The position numbers and the translations under genes are program-made. From positions 22,198,001-22,262,000 of the forward strand of contig NC_087436.1 in the NCBI RefSeq assembly GCF_036321535.1: DNA of 64,000 nt. Reading direction: 5' to 3'. The stretch is from Camelus dromedarius. Lineage: Eukaryota. Of this stretch, positions 1-12,330 are shown in pieces (position 1 is the first letter of the stretch; each line of letters starts with the position of its first letter). The notes below the pieces were generated by a model that did not search any database, was not told the DNA's origin, and saw only the letters and a list, made by a program, of their open reading frames with translations.

Positions 1-669
1 GTTCTACAACCACAACAGTTACACAGTTTCTAAGGAAAATGTCCTTACTATTGTAAGGAGAAATATGAGTAGACACTTTCCCATTGTCTAGTGTAAATAA
101 GAGGCTTCTTGGGTAAAAGGAAAGGTGTCGTATCTCTGTAGCCTACAGTGAAGCCGGCACCCGATAAACCGGAAGTGGGAGAGATGGGCATAAAATCATA
201 CCGCTACCTTTAAAATTCACTCTTCAGATTGAATCAGTAACCACTGCTTAACTGGGGGGAGACAAAACATAAATTAACATTTTTCATTAGTGGTCTGAAG
301 CTGAGCTATTTAATAAGCAAAACCTTCAAAGTTTTCCATCTCTTCCCATTTTGTACTTTCTCCAGGGACATATCAGCAAACTAGGCAGTAGTTACAAAGA
401 TATTTGTCTTCAGACCCTTCACATTCAAGCTTAAGACAAAGATCCTCATTTCTTTTTTGAAAGGGAATGAGTAATTCAGATGTGTTCCGTGAAAGCAAGA
501 AGACTGCATTCCTGATTTGATTTTGAGCCAGTTTTCTTTTTCCTCCTACTTGGAGCTCTTTCTCTGTTTCCGGCTTGATCTGTAGATTTCTCTCAGAAAT
601 TTTTCTTGTCCCTCACTGGTGGAGCATTTCAGAGTCTGAGCTCATAACTCTATTTAGATCCATGTATCT

Positions 670-700
670 GTGCTCGCTTCGGCAGCACATGCACTAAAAT
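670..700 (+). pseudogene. 3'-truncated U6 snRNA retropseudogene (about U6 nt 1-31)
   Basis: GTGCTCGCTTCGGCAGCACATGCACTAAAAT matches the U6 5' end GTGCTCGCTTCGGCAGCACATATACTAAAAT at 29/31. Flanked by the direct repeat atccatgtat(a)ct at 658-669 and 699-711. Confidence 0.92.
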
Positions 701-2084
701 CCATGTATACTGTCATATATCTTTTAAGTAGCAATCGTTGATCTTTTAGTAGTATACATTCTTAATAAAGACTTTCTATTGACAGTTTTCCAATTTTGTA
801 AATATGTTTATTGGAAAATGAAGACAAGTCAAAAGAACGACATTAAAATCACCCATCATCTCCCTCTTCAACATGACAGTTACTGGGGGCACGTTGGTGC
901 AGCCTCTTCCAGCTTGTTTTTACACATGTAATCTGTATCTTTCTATTTTTTCAATTATAAATTGAAAAATTCAAAATGAATTAAAATGACTGTTTCTTCA
1001 AAGTATGTAAATTGAGTTCTCTCCGTTTAAAAAATCTTATGTGTCTTTCGTTTTTGGAAGTCATGCCCCCTCCACCAACGTTTGTATCTTTAAATATATC
1101 AGTCTTATAGATTACAGCTAAAATTCACCTCCTATTCACTTTCAAATATATATTTTTCTCTTTTGGAAAAAAAAGCACCAACATTTTTTTTTAATTAAGT
1201 ATAATAAAAATCACACAGACTCTATGGAAATAAGAGGAAGTGTGAATAAAAGCCCTATCCATTCCTTTTTCTTTTTTCCTTTTGAACTGTATCCAGTAGC
1301 TGATTATGTCATTTTCAAGGAGAAGACAATTTAATTTTGTGTTGATTATGATTTGATTTCCTTGGAGGTATATTTTCTCCTTCGAGTGAGTCAGTTCCTC
1401 CTTGACCACATTTAGCTCTCAGCGCAGTTCATTTTTGAGCAAATACAATGCTGGGTCTGCCAAAACTGTGTACCTGGACTTTCTCATGCATGTGCACTTC
1501 CCTATATGTATCTCCCTGTACGCAACAACAGATCTTCAAGAATAGGCCAGTTTTAGCTCTTACACATCTACCACTTGGAGTTGGGAGAAAATAAAATAAT
1601 TAAAAAGCCTTGTTAAGGCTTGGACATATTCTTCAGACTAAATGATGACACTTACAAAACATTGAACTAAATGTAATGTAAGAGAGTAAAAGGATTTTTG
1701 CAAAGTTGCATCTGATCCTAAATGAATTTATAATGCAGGTTTTCTCCTCCCTTGTTCTCTTTTTAACTATATGAAAAAATAAAATTTGCTTGTAGTACAC
1801 AAATTCTAAGAATAAAGAAGCATATAGTGTGAAAAGCCTGACTTTTCTGCTCTACTTCCCCAAAGTAAACAAATCTGAACAGCGTAATGTATTTCCCTAT
1901 GCAGTTTCTTCTGGGTATCAAACTATCTGAGTTTTCAGTGATCATGACTCTTAGTCTACAAACTCAGGTCATGGGAATGTGACACTCTTGACTTATAACT
2001 CAGTTTCATTTTTCTGGCCTCCATTTCTGGGTCAAGGCAGAAACGTTAATCTTAGATAATTCATAGGACTCCACTCCTAGGATG

Positions 2085-2295
2085 GATTGGAATCCTGGCT
2101 TGGGCACTTACTGACATTATGACGTTAGTCAAATTACCTCCTCTCTCTCAACCATGGTTTCCTCATTTGTAACACAGAAATAATATTGCTTACCTCATAG
2201 GATTGTTCTGAAGATCTGATGACTTCATATGGACCACACATTTATAATGGTACCTGGCACATAATGAAGGCTTAGTAGATGTTAGCTATTATTTA
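2085..2295 (+). mobile_element. MIR SINE, decayed
   Basis: Core gtttcctcatttgtaa...cttacctcataggattgtt and tail cctggcacataa...gatgttagctattatt resemble the MIR consensus. Boundaries approximate. Confidence 0.85.
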
Positions 2296-2399
2296 TGTAA
2301 AACATGTAAACAAGTTTTTTTCCACTAAAGAAAATGTTCTGACAACCTTTCGTTTCAAAAACTATAAATCTCTTTTTCCAAAAGCTAAGTAGGATTTTA

Positions 2400-2685
2400 T
2401 TGATTGAATGTAGCATAATTATCTAATCAACACAGTATTGATGGTCATTTAGATTGTTTCTGATTTTTGTTATGACTCTCTCTGTTTGCAAGATATACCT
2501 GTACTCTTATTCTCGTATATCTGCAAATGTATGAGTATTTCTTTTTGATAAAATTTCTAAAAGTGAAATTACGTAGTTGAAGTGGTGACATTTTAGAGAT
2601 GCTGCCATATTGCCTCCACTAAAGTCACATCAGTGTGCACAGATACCCAATTGCCCACATACTCTTGAGCATTGGGCTTCATGAA
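2400..2685 (-). mobile_element. Ancient L1M fragment
   Basis: tattgatggtcatttagattgtttc...aaagtgaaattacgtag resembles the antisense L1 ORF2-end/3'UTR. Boundaries approximate. Confidence 0.6.
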
Positions 2686-2689
2686 TCAT

Positions 2690-3500
2690 CTCTGTGCTAA
2701 GCCCAGGCTTGGCTTATGAGTTTCAGACATGTATTTCCAACCATCTGGTAGACAGCTCCACGTGAATGGTATCATCCAAATACCTCAAAGTCAACATATT
2801 TGGTCATTTCTCACCCCTTATCCTCAAACTTCTTTTGGGGGTTGTTTTCCTTAATTAAGACACCATCATCCATTTATATGTTCAACTTAGACACCTGAAA
2901 AATCCTTGCCTACTTTTCTTCCCTTGCTTCTACTTCAAAAAAAATAAAATCAATTCTGTCACTTCTACCTTCTTACTTCTGAGGAAGCCATTCGTGTCAA
3001 TAATGAATCATGGTTAGGATGATCCTAAACCCTAGAATCACTGTCGTTTAAATGTTCTGCTGCCAAATCTCTTAGTCACTCTCCCTCTTCCAGGCTGGCT
3101 CTCATCTAATCCATTTTCCTCACCTCGGTTGGAATAATATTTCCAAAATAACAACCTTGTGATTTCATAATTTGAAACATTCTATAGCTGCCTCTTGCCT
3201 GAGAATAAAGCACAAGGCGCATAATGCATTCCTGTATAATCTGGCCTTGATGTCTGCTCGGCTTCATCTTCCACTATGCACACCATCGTCTCCTCTCACA
3301 CCACCCTCCATGGTGAACCGGACTGAACCTCCTCAACCTCGCAGCCTTCGATGACTCCTTGGTGGGGTCACATCTGCTTTTAGCCCCCAGTGTGCAGACA
3401 CACTGAACTGTCTCCCTTCCCCTCTAGACTCTGTGTACCAGGGCGTGGACCAGGTCTGTATCCCCAGGAACTAACTTGATAAGTGCATTGAACAAATAAG
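2690..3500 (+). mobile_element. L2 LINE, 3' portion
   Basis: tttcagacatgtatttccaacc...gacagctccac...cctcaaagtcaacat is a typical L2 segment. Pyrimidine-rich body with an L2-like tail near 3420-3500. Confidence 0.75.
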
Positions 3501-5139
3501 TTATATGAGGGAGTAAATGAAAAGCGTGGAAGCATTGCCTGCCATAGGAGAAGGGAGAGCAGATTACTCTGCCTGGAGAGATCCTGATGTCTGTATTAAG
3601 TAACAGAAACAGGGGTGTTTGTGGTAAATGTCTTGTAGGCTTTAAAACAGCCATTTGTCAGGGATTAGAGTGTGTTGGCTTGTGCCTCACTAGGAAGAGA
3701 AAATATACTTCTGAAAGAGGGAAAGGTGATGATTTTCATTAAAAAAAAAAAAAACCTAAAATTTGGGTCAATATTAGTAATATGGAGGTGACTTTAACAT
3801 TTAAAAATTGGCAACATTCTTCCAATCGCCTATCCAAAAGCTTGTGATGCAAAGTAGGATCTGAAGCTTAGGCAAGAATCACTGTATAAAGTGCATCAGT
3901 TTAGACTTCCTAAAAATTAAATCTTTACTTTAGAGAAAATTACTTTAATTGTAAATGAAAATGAATTTGCTAAATGATGCTAGAATTTATAGAGATAATA
4001 AATTTGGGAAAGAGAGCAGTGTCTGAAAATAAAACACATAATCTTAACTGTGTGATATCAAAAAATCGAATGACCTTTCTAGGAATTGATTTTGCTATTT
4101 TTAATATTTTTAAATGGATAAAAATTTTACAAAGTTGATTCATTCAATTCTTTCTCGGCTTTTATGAAAATAGAGTTTTCAAAGTAATTTACTTTATCTG
4201 TATTATTAAAAACACATGATTTAACATGGTGATTTGCACTCAAATCAGTTACCTTTTTAATCTGCTACTGTATAGTAGTCAGTAAAAATATTTCCCAGAC
4301 TCCAGCCTTATTGGTTCTCTGTCTGCAGCCCTCCCAAATACACCTCAGGAAAACCACTTATTTAGGAATAAATGTATAATAAAAATAATAAAGGGAAAAA
4401 GTAAATATTTTAGATGTTCATGGATTTTATTCATAATAGTAAAATATTAATATTAGAAACACCACAAATGAGCAAGCTATTCTGCAGCACTAAAGTGGAA
4501 CACTATGTTGTCATTTCAATTAGTATGTAGATTATGAGGTGTCTAGAGATGTACTTTAAAAGTACACCAGAGATTGACACATTGTAATTGGCTGTACTTC
4601 AACAAAAAAAATTTCCTATAAAAAGTTAAAAAAATCTTTCATTTTATAATCTGATATCTACTTCTAAAACATTTTCAGAATAATAGCCTTTAATGCTAAT
4701 AAAATAATATGCACATAAAAAAACACACTTGCAGGAAAACATGAAATTATGTATACACAGAAGATATCGACCTAAAGATATTGGTGAATGTTTTGGAAAG
4801 GTAGTAAGTTTCCTTAGATAGATACCAGTAGATACAGACGAAGTCCTGTTTCTTTTAAGATAGTTTTGTTTTCTATCTCTCTTTTTTATTTAGTTGTAGA
4901 ATGAGAGAAATATCTTTGTAAAACCCTGCTGCCCTTTCTGTGTTATGAAATAAAACATACATCTTCTCAAATGAGCTTTGTCTTAATTAGAAGATGAAAA
5001 CTTCAGTTAACTTTATCTTACTATTATATGCTGTACCTACCATTATGTTACTAAATAAAAGATGTTTCCTCTGTTAGTTATGATATTATAATTTTTCCAA
5101 ATTAAAAATGGATCAATACCATGTTTATAAAGTAGTAAA

Positions 5140-5385
5140 ACATAATTAAGGGTTCAAACTGTGAAATATAGAGACCTGCACTTAAACTCTGGTTCTCCCA
5201 TCTATATCAGTTGTATGTTCTAGGCCAAGTTACTTACCCTACCCAGCTTCAATTTCTAAATCTATATAATGGAATATTTGTTCCTCAAGAGAGTTATTGT
5301 CACAATTAAATAAAATAATCCTTGCAAAGAAATTAGTGCAATTCTAGGCCCATAGTATAAACCCAATAATTATTAGCTATTAAAA
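5140..5385 (+). mobile_element. MIR SINE, near full length, decayed
   Basis: taggccaagttacttacc...cttcaatttctaaatctatataatggaata...catagtataaacccaataattattagctatta. Confidence 0.8.
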
Positions 5386-5604
5386 TGAGAGAGAGAGAAG
5401 GAGAAAAAGGCTTGGGTTGTTAGTGTAAATTCTATAGTATAAACCATTGGCTTTATTAGAGACCCTCCATAAAAATATCATTGGATGTAACAGGGCAAAA
5501 CATGAAGTGTCTTCTAAATATACCTTCTGTTTTCCTGAGTTCTTATCGCAGAATCATAATCACCAGCACTGTAGTATCATATGCTGGGAACATTTGCTTC
5601 CCCC

Positions 5605-5765
5605 CACCCCCCAGCTTTATTGAAGTATAATTGACAAATAAAATTTTTATATATTCAGGGCGTATAACTTGATGTTTTGATATATGTACACATTGTGAAA
5701 TAATCACTGCAATCCAGCTACTTAGCCTATCCATCATCTCACATATTTAGCTTTTTTTTTCTTTC

Positions 5766-5806
<41 letters not shown>

Positions 5807-5985
5807 TGAGAAAACTTAAAATCTACCCTCTTAGCAAATTTCAAGAATACAATACAGCATTGTTAACTAGTCACCAGGCTGTACATTGCTCTCCAGACCA
5901 TGTGCCTCGTGCGTAAATGAAACTCTATTTCCCTTGACCAACGTCTCCCCAGTTCCCTGAGAACCACCATTCTACTCTCTGCCTT
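5605..5985 (-). mobile_element. L1 3' UTR (L1MA-like) containing a (TG)n tract
   Basis: cagctttattgaagtataattgacaaata...aaaatctaccctcttagcaaatttcaag...aaccaccattctactctctg is the characteristic antisense L1MA 3' end. Confidence 0.85.
5768..5805. repeat. (TG)19 microsatellite
   Basis: Perfect TG run read directly. Confidence 0.95.
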
Positions 5986-6140
5986 TGTAGTATAATCTGC
6001 ATACCATGCAACTGACCTATTTTAAAACTATGGTTCAATGATTTTTAGTAAATTTATAGAGTTGTGCAATTATCATCACAATCCAATTTTAGGACATTTC
6101 CATCACCCCTAAAAATGTCCCTCAGGGCCATTTGCAGTCG
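5986..6140 (-). mobile_element. Older L1 3' end (L1MB/ME-like)
   Basis: ttcaatgatttttagtaaatttatagagttgtgcaattatcatcacaatccaattttaggacatttccatcaccc. Confidence 0.8.
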
Positions 6141-7539
6141 AGGGTCCATTTACCTTTGCCTTGTGTTTGGAAATGGTTTCTATTCTTGTAACGTAGGTCA
6201 CTCTGTGCTTTGATTAAGGCTTATGGATGAATAAGGTCCAGGATGGAGCTGAGAAATGTTTTAGGTGGGAGAGGACTGGAGGACCTGGTTAGGGTGTTAC
6301 TGCATCACATCTTCACAGAGGAGTGAGCATGAAGATACCGGAAGCCAGACGAGGCAGAAATAGATCTGAGCAGACTCTTGGAAGTTGGCAGAGGATATTA
6401 GGGCAAGGAAATCAGAGATAAATGGGAACAGGCCATGGAAGGAAGTGAAAACACACTGGGCTTCGTTTACTCAAAGGGCAGATATTAGTGCCTGGGAACT
6501 TTTTTATTGGGGCTAGAATCAGACTACGGAAGGGCTATATACAGAAAAGAGGTCTTAATGGTTAAGGAATTGCAGATGAGAACTTGCAAACTGAAAAGGG
6601 GGATAGTAGAAGCCACTGTGATCAGAGCCAATAGGCAGATATCCTTTGTGGATGAGTGGAGCTGAAATGAAATGAATTTTAGTTTCTTTGTTCCCATCTT
6701 CATTAGCGTCACCTGTCACAGAGCTAATCAATGGCAGAGTCGAGCTTTATGCAAAATGCTGATTCTAAAATTTCCATGAAGCCAGTATTTTTAAAAGAGT
6801 AGTTTCAGAGGTAAACATCAATTTAAGCTTAGATCATGAAACTCTACATAAGTGAAGTCCATAGGAGACAAAAAAACAAATATTATTTTCTTTCAAGTTC
6901 TTTTCTCTAAGTCATACTTCTAACAGAAAAAGAAAGAAAGAAAGAAAAGGATGCATGGGGAAAAGCAGAGGCGGATTTTTTTTTTACCTTCTACAATTGC
7001 ATGAAGCACGTTGTTAAACCCTGTGAAGCCAAAAGGGTATATTCAAGTGCACTAAGGTGTAAATTTTCATTTATTATCCACACGATTTTCTTCACAGTTA
7101 GAACTGAAGGCATGTCTATCCCTCCCTTTGAAGTCAAGAAATTTTTTTTTCTCTTTTTTTTTGCAAGTAGGGCTTGAGTAGGGAAAAAAAAAAAAAGGTG
7201 GAAATAGTCCTTAGACTTTTCTCTGGGGATTTGGTTCTGCCACTGGAGGGGAGGCACATCACTACATAGCATTTTCCAAAGTTCATCAGCCGTCATCTAC
7301 TCGTGCCTGTCCTCCCTCTGTTTTCCTTCCCTTTTCCCTCCTTGCCTCCTCGTCATCTCTCATCTTTGTTTTTCCATGACTCGGTTTACCAAAGTAGTAG
7401 CTTGCTTGAGTAAATGGATTAAGGAATGGAGGTAGCGGCAGTGCAGGGGAAGAAAGGCAAGGAGAAATGGCAGAGTGAATCCCCGGATTTGGGGCCTGAG
7501 TGTGGGGCTAAGAAGGAACTGCTTTATTCCTCCCTCCTT

Positions 7540-8080
7540 GCCTGCCTCCATCCAACCTAAGCATAAGTCAAGGATTTCAGTGTCTCAGAGTGAGGGCAGT
7601 GAGGTGGTTGCAGTGAGTGTGGAGATACGTGGTTGGATTCCGCATAGTTTTGGAAGAGAAAGGCAGAATTTTCTGAAAAATTGGGCAAAAGTTAGGAGAG
7701 GAAGAGAAGAGATGGGGAGAGACATAGACCGCATCAAATGGACTTGCCATGAGCTAGGCTGGAGAAGCGGGTAGAAGCAGCTGGTTGCTGAGAACGTCCT
7801 GTCTGCTGATCAGGAGCTCAGTTTGGAACATGATACGTTGGAACTGTCAAGAGGAGGGCTTTTGCTTTTGATGGAGTTCAGGGAAAATTCTAGGCGAGAG
7901 ATGAATGAATTTGAAAATGATTAGCACAACTGAGGTTTTTAAACCCCAAGATTAAATGAGATTACTTAGGAAGGAAATGTAGATTTTAAAAAAAAGGAAG
8001 AGTTCCAAGATCTGCTCCCTGGAGCATGCCAGCACTGGAGGATGGGGAAATAAGAGGCCCAATAGGAAGCGACTGAGGTG
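7540..8080 (-). mobile_element. L2 LINE fragment
   Basis: Purine-rich stretch with L2-like motifs (ggttgcagtgagtgtggaga...gagctcagtttggaacatga...ggagttcagggaaaattctaggc). Boundaries approximate. Confidence 0.65.
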
Positions 8081-9181
8081 AAACATACACACAAGAGAAT
8101 ATAATCATTGTTTTAATCCTGTTCTGGTTGTCAATTAGCGTTTATGAATACTATTTCACTATGTGCTTTACTTTTCTTTTTATATCTCAAAAAATGGCAC
8201 CTCTAGTAATAACATGCACATATGAGTATGGGTGGATGTGTGTGTATTCTAATTAAACAGATATTAAATAATTTAAATAAATATATATTAAAGTGTGTAT
8301 ATAGATATACATGCATATATACACTCCACTGTTTCATCGATACAAAAGTATTATGAAACTAATTTCAATTTAATTATCCATGATTTGTTGTATTATTTAT
8401 ATCCAATCAAGTATTTTTTGGTCCAAGCAAATATTTTTTCTTCCTTCTGGTTTTGTCTGATTGATGGTTGATTCAAGTGTTTGGATTGAGTTTAAATTTC
8501 AGACCTCTATAAAATAGAGTTTAGCTATATTCTTTTTATCTCAATAATTAAATTATATTCATAACTTTCTATTTAAGAAGCTATAACTGTTAAAATATAT
8601 GACATGTTTAAAGAGTAAGGCGCTGAATAGGTAGATGAAATTTATGTATTCTTAAAATTATTTTGTGGGTGGTGATATTTTTTTTCCATACCATACTATT
8701 TCATTCTGGACACCAACATTGGCTTTTATCGTGGAAAATGAATCTTTCAGCCTCACTAGGTAAGATACTTATCGTTAAAAGTCTTAGCCAGGAGAACCAA
8801 TGCCTGTTACATAACTCTGCTCAAACGGAGGCTGACTTAGGGGCAGGGGGCAGGAGTTACGGTTATGTCCCATGATGGTGATTGAAGAATGTATGGGGGG
8901 GAGGAGAGGAAGTATAGGGGGAGGATGGGGAGTATACTGGGAGAGAAAGGATGAAAGGATGATGGAAAAGGTCAGGGGAGGCAACACTGGTAATGAGACG
9001 GGAGCCAAACTAATTTGCCCTGAATATAAAGATGGAGTGCAAAAGTAGCCTTAGAGAGAGCATTATGAAAATTAGAATGAGTTAAGAATAAGAAACTTAA
9101 GACTAAGAATAAGGAACTTCTTTCAGGGTCATTGTGTATTGTGATCAAAGGTGTGGAGGACATCTCGCAGTCAAAACAATG

Positions 9182-9350
9182 GCAGCGGGTGTCTCTAAAA
9201 ATGCTCAGCCGTCCACCTGCATCAGCCTTCCTGGGTGCTTGGTTACCAAGGCTGTGACCTACTGTAGCAGAATTGCTTGGTGTTGCCAGGGACCCTGCAT
9301 TCTTTATTAAAAACACCCAGGTCCTGACCTCAGCCCCAAGTGAATCTTAT
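9182..9350. mobile_element. MER5-like hAT-Charlie MITE
   Basis: cacctgcatcagccttcctgggtgcttggtta...gacctactgtagcagaat...gggaccctgcattc resembles MER5A. Confidence 0.55.
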
Positions 9351-10593
9351 ACCTGATAAAATTTGAGCAGTACGGAGCTAGGGTATAAGGAAAGAACATG
9401 TAAGAAATACACCTTGTTGATGCATTTCCTCCAGTGGAGAGGAGACTCTTGGCAAGTAAGAAATATGTAGAAAAAATAGTGAAAATAGGTAGTGTGCTGG
9501 AATAAAGTAACAATGAACTGCCAGGGGAAAAGGATGTAAGTGAAGAAGGAAGGTAGTGTGACCAAAGTCCAAGAGAGGGCATGGGAGTGAATGTATTCGA
9601 GGCCAGGAATGACACACTCAGAAAGAGGACAGTTCTGGGAGTTGGAAGAGCAAAGACTGCACTGGTCTTGAGACCTCTGTCTTCCCCAGGATGAAGCCGT
9701 GGGAAGACCGTCAGTCCCCATAAGATGACACCAGAGAGCAAATTCTAATGACAAAAGAGCCCATCAGTGAGAAGGGACCGCGAAGCAGCCTCCACAGGCT
9801 GCTTTCTGTGTCTGGTCCTTATTAAGTCCTGTCCGCCGTCAAAAGTGCTGGGTGTTAAACGTCATCCCTGCCCTGGTGAGGCATCGTATCTTTAGATAGT
9901 CATTTTCTTTGCAGAAATAACACGGGGAGTTGTTTGATTTGCTAAAGATTGTGGTGGGTTGAATTTGTATCCAGTCTGAGTACAGAGGAGTAGGGGGACA
10001 TCCCAGTTCATGACTTTCGTTAAAGACCTTAGCACAGCCCCGCAGAAGATGAGGTGAGCCAGAAAGACCTGGATACTTGACTGGGAGTTTTTTTTTCCCT
10101 CCTCCTTGCCATTGTTAACTTGTCATTAGCTTTAATTTGAATTCAAATAAGTCAAGTCATATGTTTTATTTTTAAGCTCCTGCTTCTGAAAATTAAAAAT
10201 CTATGAGTACAAAATTAAGAGCAATTCTCACAAGTGTCACAGGAAAGCAATGTGTTTCTTAGCCTTTATAAACCTGCCTCATTCATTCATCAACTTCTTG
10301 TTCTATGTTCTGAATAGTCTAAGCAACCAAGGACTTTTTTTTTTAAATCATTGTGAAAAAAATAATAAATAAAGTAAGAATAAAATAAGAGAAATATTTA
10401 TTTATTGTCTCCCTGAAGAAACTGATACTTTGCCCTGAAAATCATTAGTGTAAAGGGAAGGGGGGGGAAGTGCTTCCTAGATGTTAATTTTTCTTATTGG
10501 AGTCTAGTGTTGCAAAATTAATAGAATTATGGGAATGTCAATAATTTATCTGGTAAATGTAAAGAAAATATTCAGTAAATACTCAACACAGGT

Positions 10594-11124
10594 TGCAAGG
10601 TACAACCCAGCAAAGGGCTCCTGTTCCTGCAGCGTAGAAAGCCAAACTCTGACAGTGGGAGTTTGTAGCTAAGTAAGGATTGGTTGCAGGGCACCCAGCA
10701 AGGGAGTGGCAGGCAAGCCTCAAATCCACTCCAACTTAGTCTTTGAGTTGGGGATTCTTTTAAAGGGGAAGAACAAAGAGACTGGAATTAGTCATCATTT
10801 TTGTGACATTCCCTGGGAAATCCTTAAGTCTTATCCTTAGTCTCAGGAGTCAGAATGTCTCTGGTTTATGATTCTCTGGCCAGGTGGTCCATGGCTTGGG
10901 GGTCTGTTAGCTCATCCTGCCCTGGAGAAACAGCCTGAGTAAGTTAATCTACAACAGCAATTTTGGTGCATTAATGGTGTTATCCACAACAGCGATTTTA
11001 GTCATCTGACTGGTGGATGAGCACAGGATGGAGGTCAGAGGGGCCAAGAATGGGAATAAAGTTTTGGACAGAGATTAATCATAAACTTGGTAAGGGAACT
11101 TCATTTTAGGGGGACGTGGTTTCA
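10594..11124 (-). mobile_element. Solo LTR, probably ERV1 class
   Basis: Discrete 531-bp block of higher GC bounded by TG (10594) and CA (11124), with similar flanks caggt (10589-10593) and aaggt (11125-11129). The minus strand starts TGAAACCAC. Confidence 0.7.
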
Positions 11125-11619
11125 AAGGTATTATGAAAAACGCGTTGATGGTTGGATATAAAGGGCTGTAACAAGTGTTGCACAAAACATTTGGAAGCAC
11201 CAACTATGGTCCCTCTCTTCTTTTACTTTGGCTGATGTTTTGCTGTTTTACTTCTTTCCCTGCTGGAATGTCTGCTTGTCTTTCCTAATGAAACTGGCCG
11301 CAGTCTTTCTCATTCCGTGGAATTCTCACTCTGTAACATGCTTGACCATTTCCTAATTGATGATTATGAAAATCAGTAATTCTTCCATTTGTAATCAATT
11401 TAAGTTTGGTTTTTTTTACAAGTTAAATGAGAAACCTCCAGGAACAAAAATGGTGGTGACAAAATAGCATAATGGAATTTGTATGCCGTAAGTGTCCTTT
11501 TTCTATCCAATAAAATTCTCCATATGCCCATTTGGTATTAATTTATTTTTTCCCCATTTCTCTGCTATTCAAATTTATGCCCCCTGCCCTAAGTATCATG
11601 GGGGGAAAATATAGATAGT

Positions 11620-11840
11620 CTTTATTAAGTGTTTCTTGTCAAGCACTATTTTTGGCATTTCACATGAATGATGACCAATCTTACCCACCTCTTTGAATTG
11701 TTTGGATAATTATTCCCACTTACCTGATGAGGAAGCTAACGGCTTCCCAAGATCACCCAGCTAGTAAGTGGCAGAGCCAGGATCTATATTCATATTTGCC
11801 TAAATATAAGGGCTCCTACTTTTCTCTCTGTACTATGTGA
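11620..11840 (-). mobile_element. MIR SINE
   Basis: attattcccacttacctgatgaggaagct...cccaagatcacccagctagtaagtggcagagccaggat. Confidence 0.85.
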
Positions 11841-12152
11841 CCTCAAGTTCATTAGTAGTTAATATTAATACTAATTTGTTTTGAATACTAATACTTGACG
11901 TACATAATCATGAGGAATCTTCTAGTGATTGAGCAAGGACTGGATATGTTTCACCTAGTCTTTTGAAATATCTTGGTCATTTTACTGAAACATCTCTTTG
12001 GTTATCATAAAAAATACCTCTTAGGATAATTTTTATCTGTTCAATAGGAACGAATGCTATTTGGTGTTCTGTGTATCATTTGCCATCCGGTACTAAGCAC
12101 TGAAAATTCTTCCTGCTTGTTGTGTAACTTGCCTTTATCTTTGTTGTTGCAG

Positions 12153-12330
12153 TACTGGATACCAGTTTATTTACTATTCACCTGAAAACACAGCCAAAGC
12201 AAAAGAAGTTCTCAGCAACATCAATCAGCTACAACCTTTGATAGCAACCCATGCAGACCTACTGCTTAATTCTGCAAGCCAGCATTCTCCAGACAGCTTG
12301 AAGAACTCTTTAAAGATGCTTTCAGAAAAA
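12153..12330 (+). CDS. INPP4B: INPP4B internal coding exon A (178 nt, phase 2 to 0)
   Basis: Acceptor ttgttgttgcag|T, donor AAA|gtaaga. Encodes [59 protein letters not shown]. Confidence 0.97.

Noticed and set aside
670..700. Functional U6 snRNA gene
   Set aside because: Only ~31 of ~106 nt are present. The ACAGAGA box, internal stem-loop and U-tail are missing, and the copy is flanked by a TSD.
6332..6345. Exact 14-mer AAGATACCGGAAGC repeated at 57787-57800
   Set aside because: Several exact 14-mer pairs are expected by chance in 64 kb, and the flanks do not align further.
7240..7256. CTCF-like CCACTGGAGGGGAG
   Set aside because: Two mismatches at high-information core positions.
8838..8942. 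G-rich stretch as a G-quadruplex
   Set aside because: The G-tracts are separated by long, irregular loops (15, 5 and 8 nt), so it is most likely part of a purine-rich repeat remnant.
8972..9754. Stacked minus-strand ORFs open in all three frames
   Set aside because: Explained by a purine-rich plus strand lacking TTA/CTA/TCA, probably a decayed LINE. The peptides are Leu/Ser/Phe-rich with no recognisable domain.
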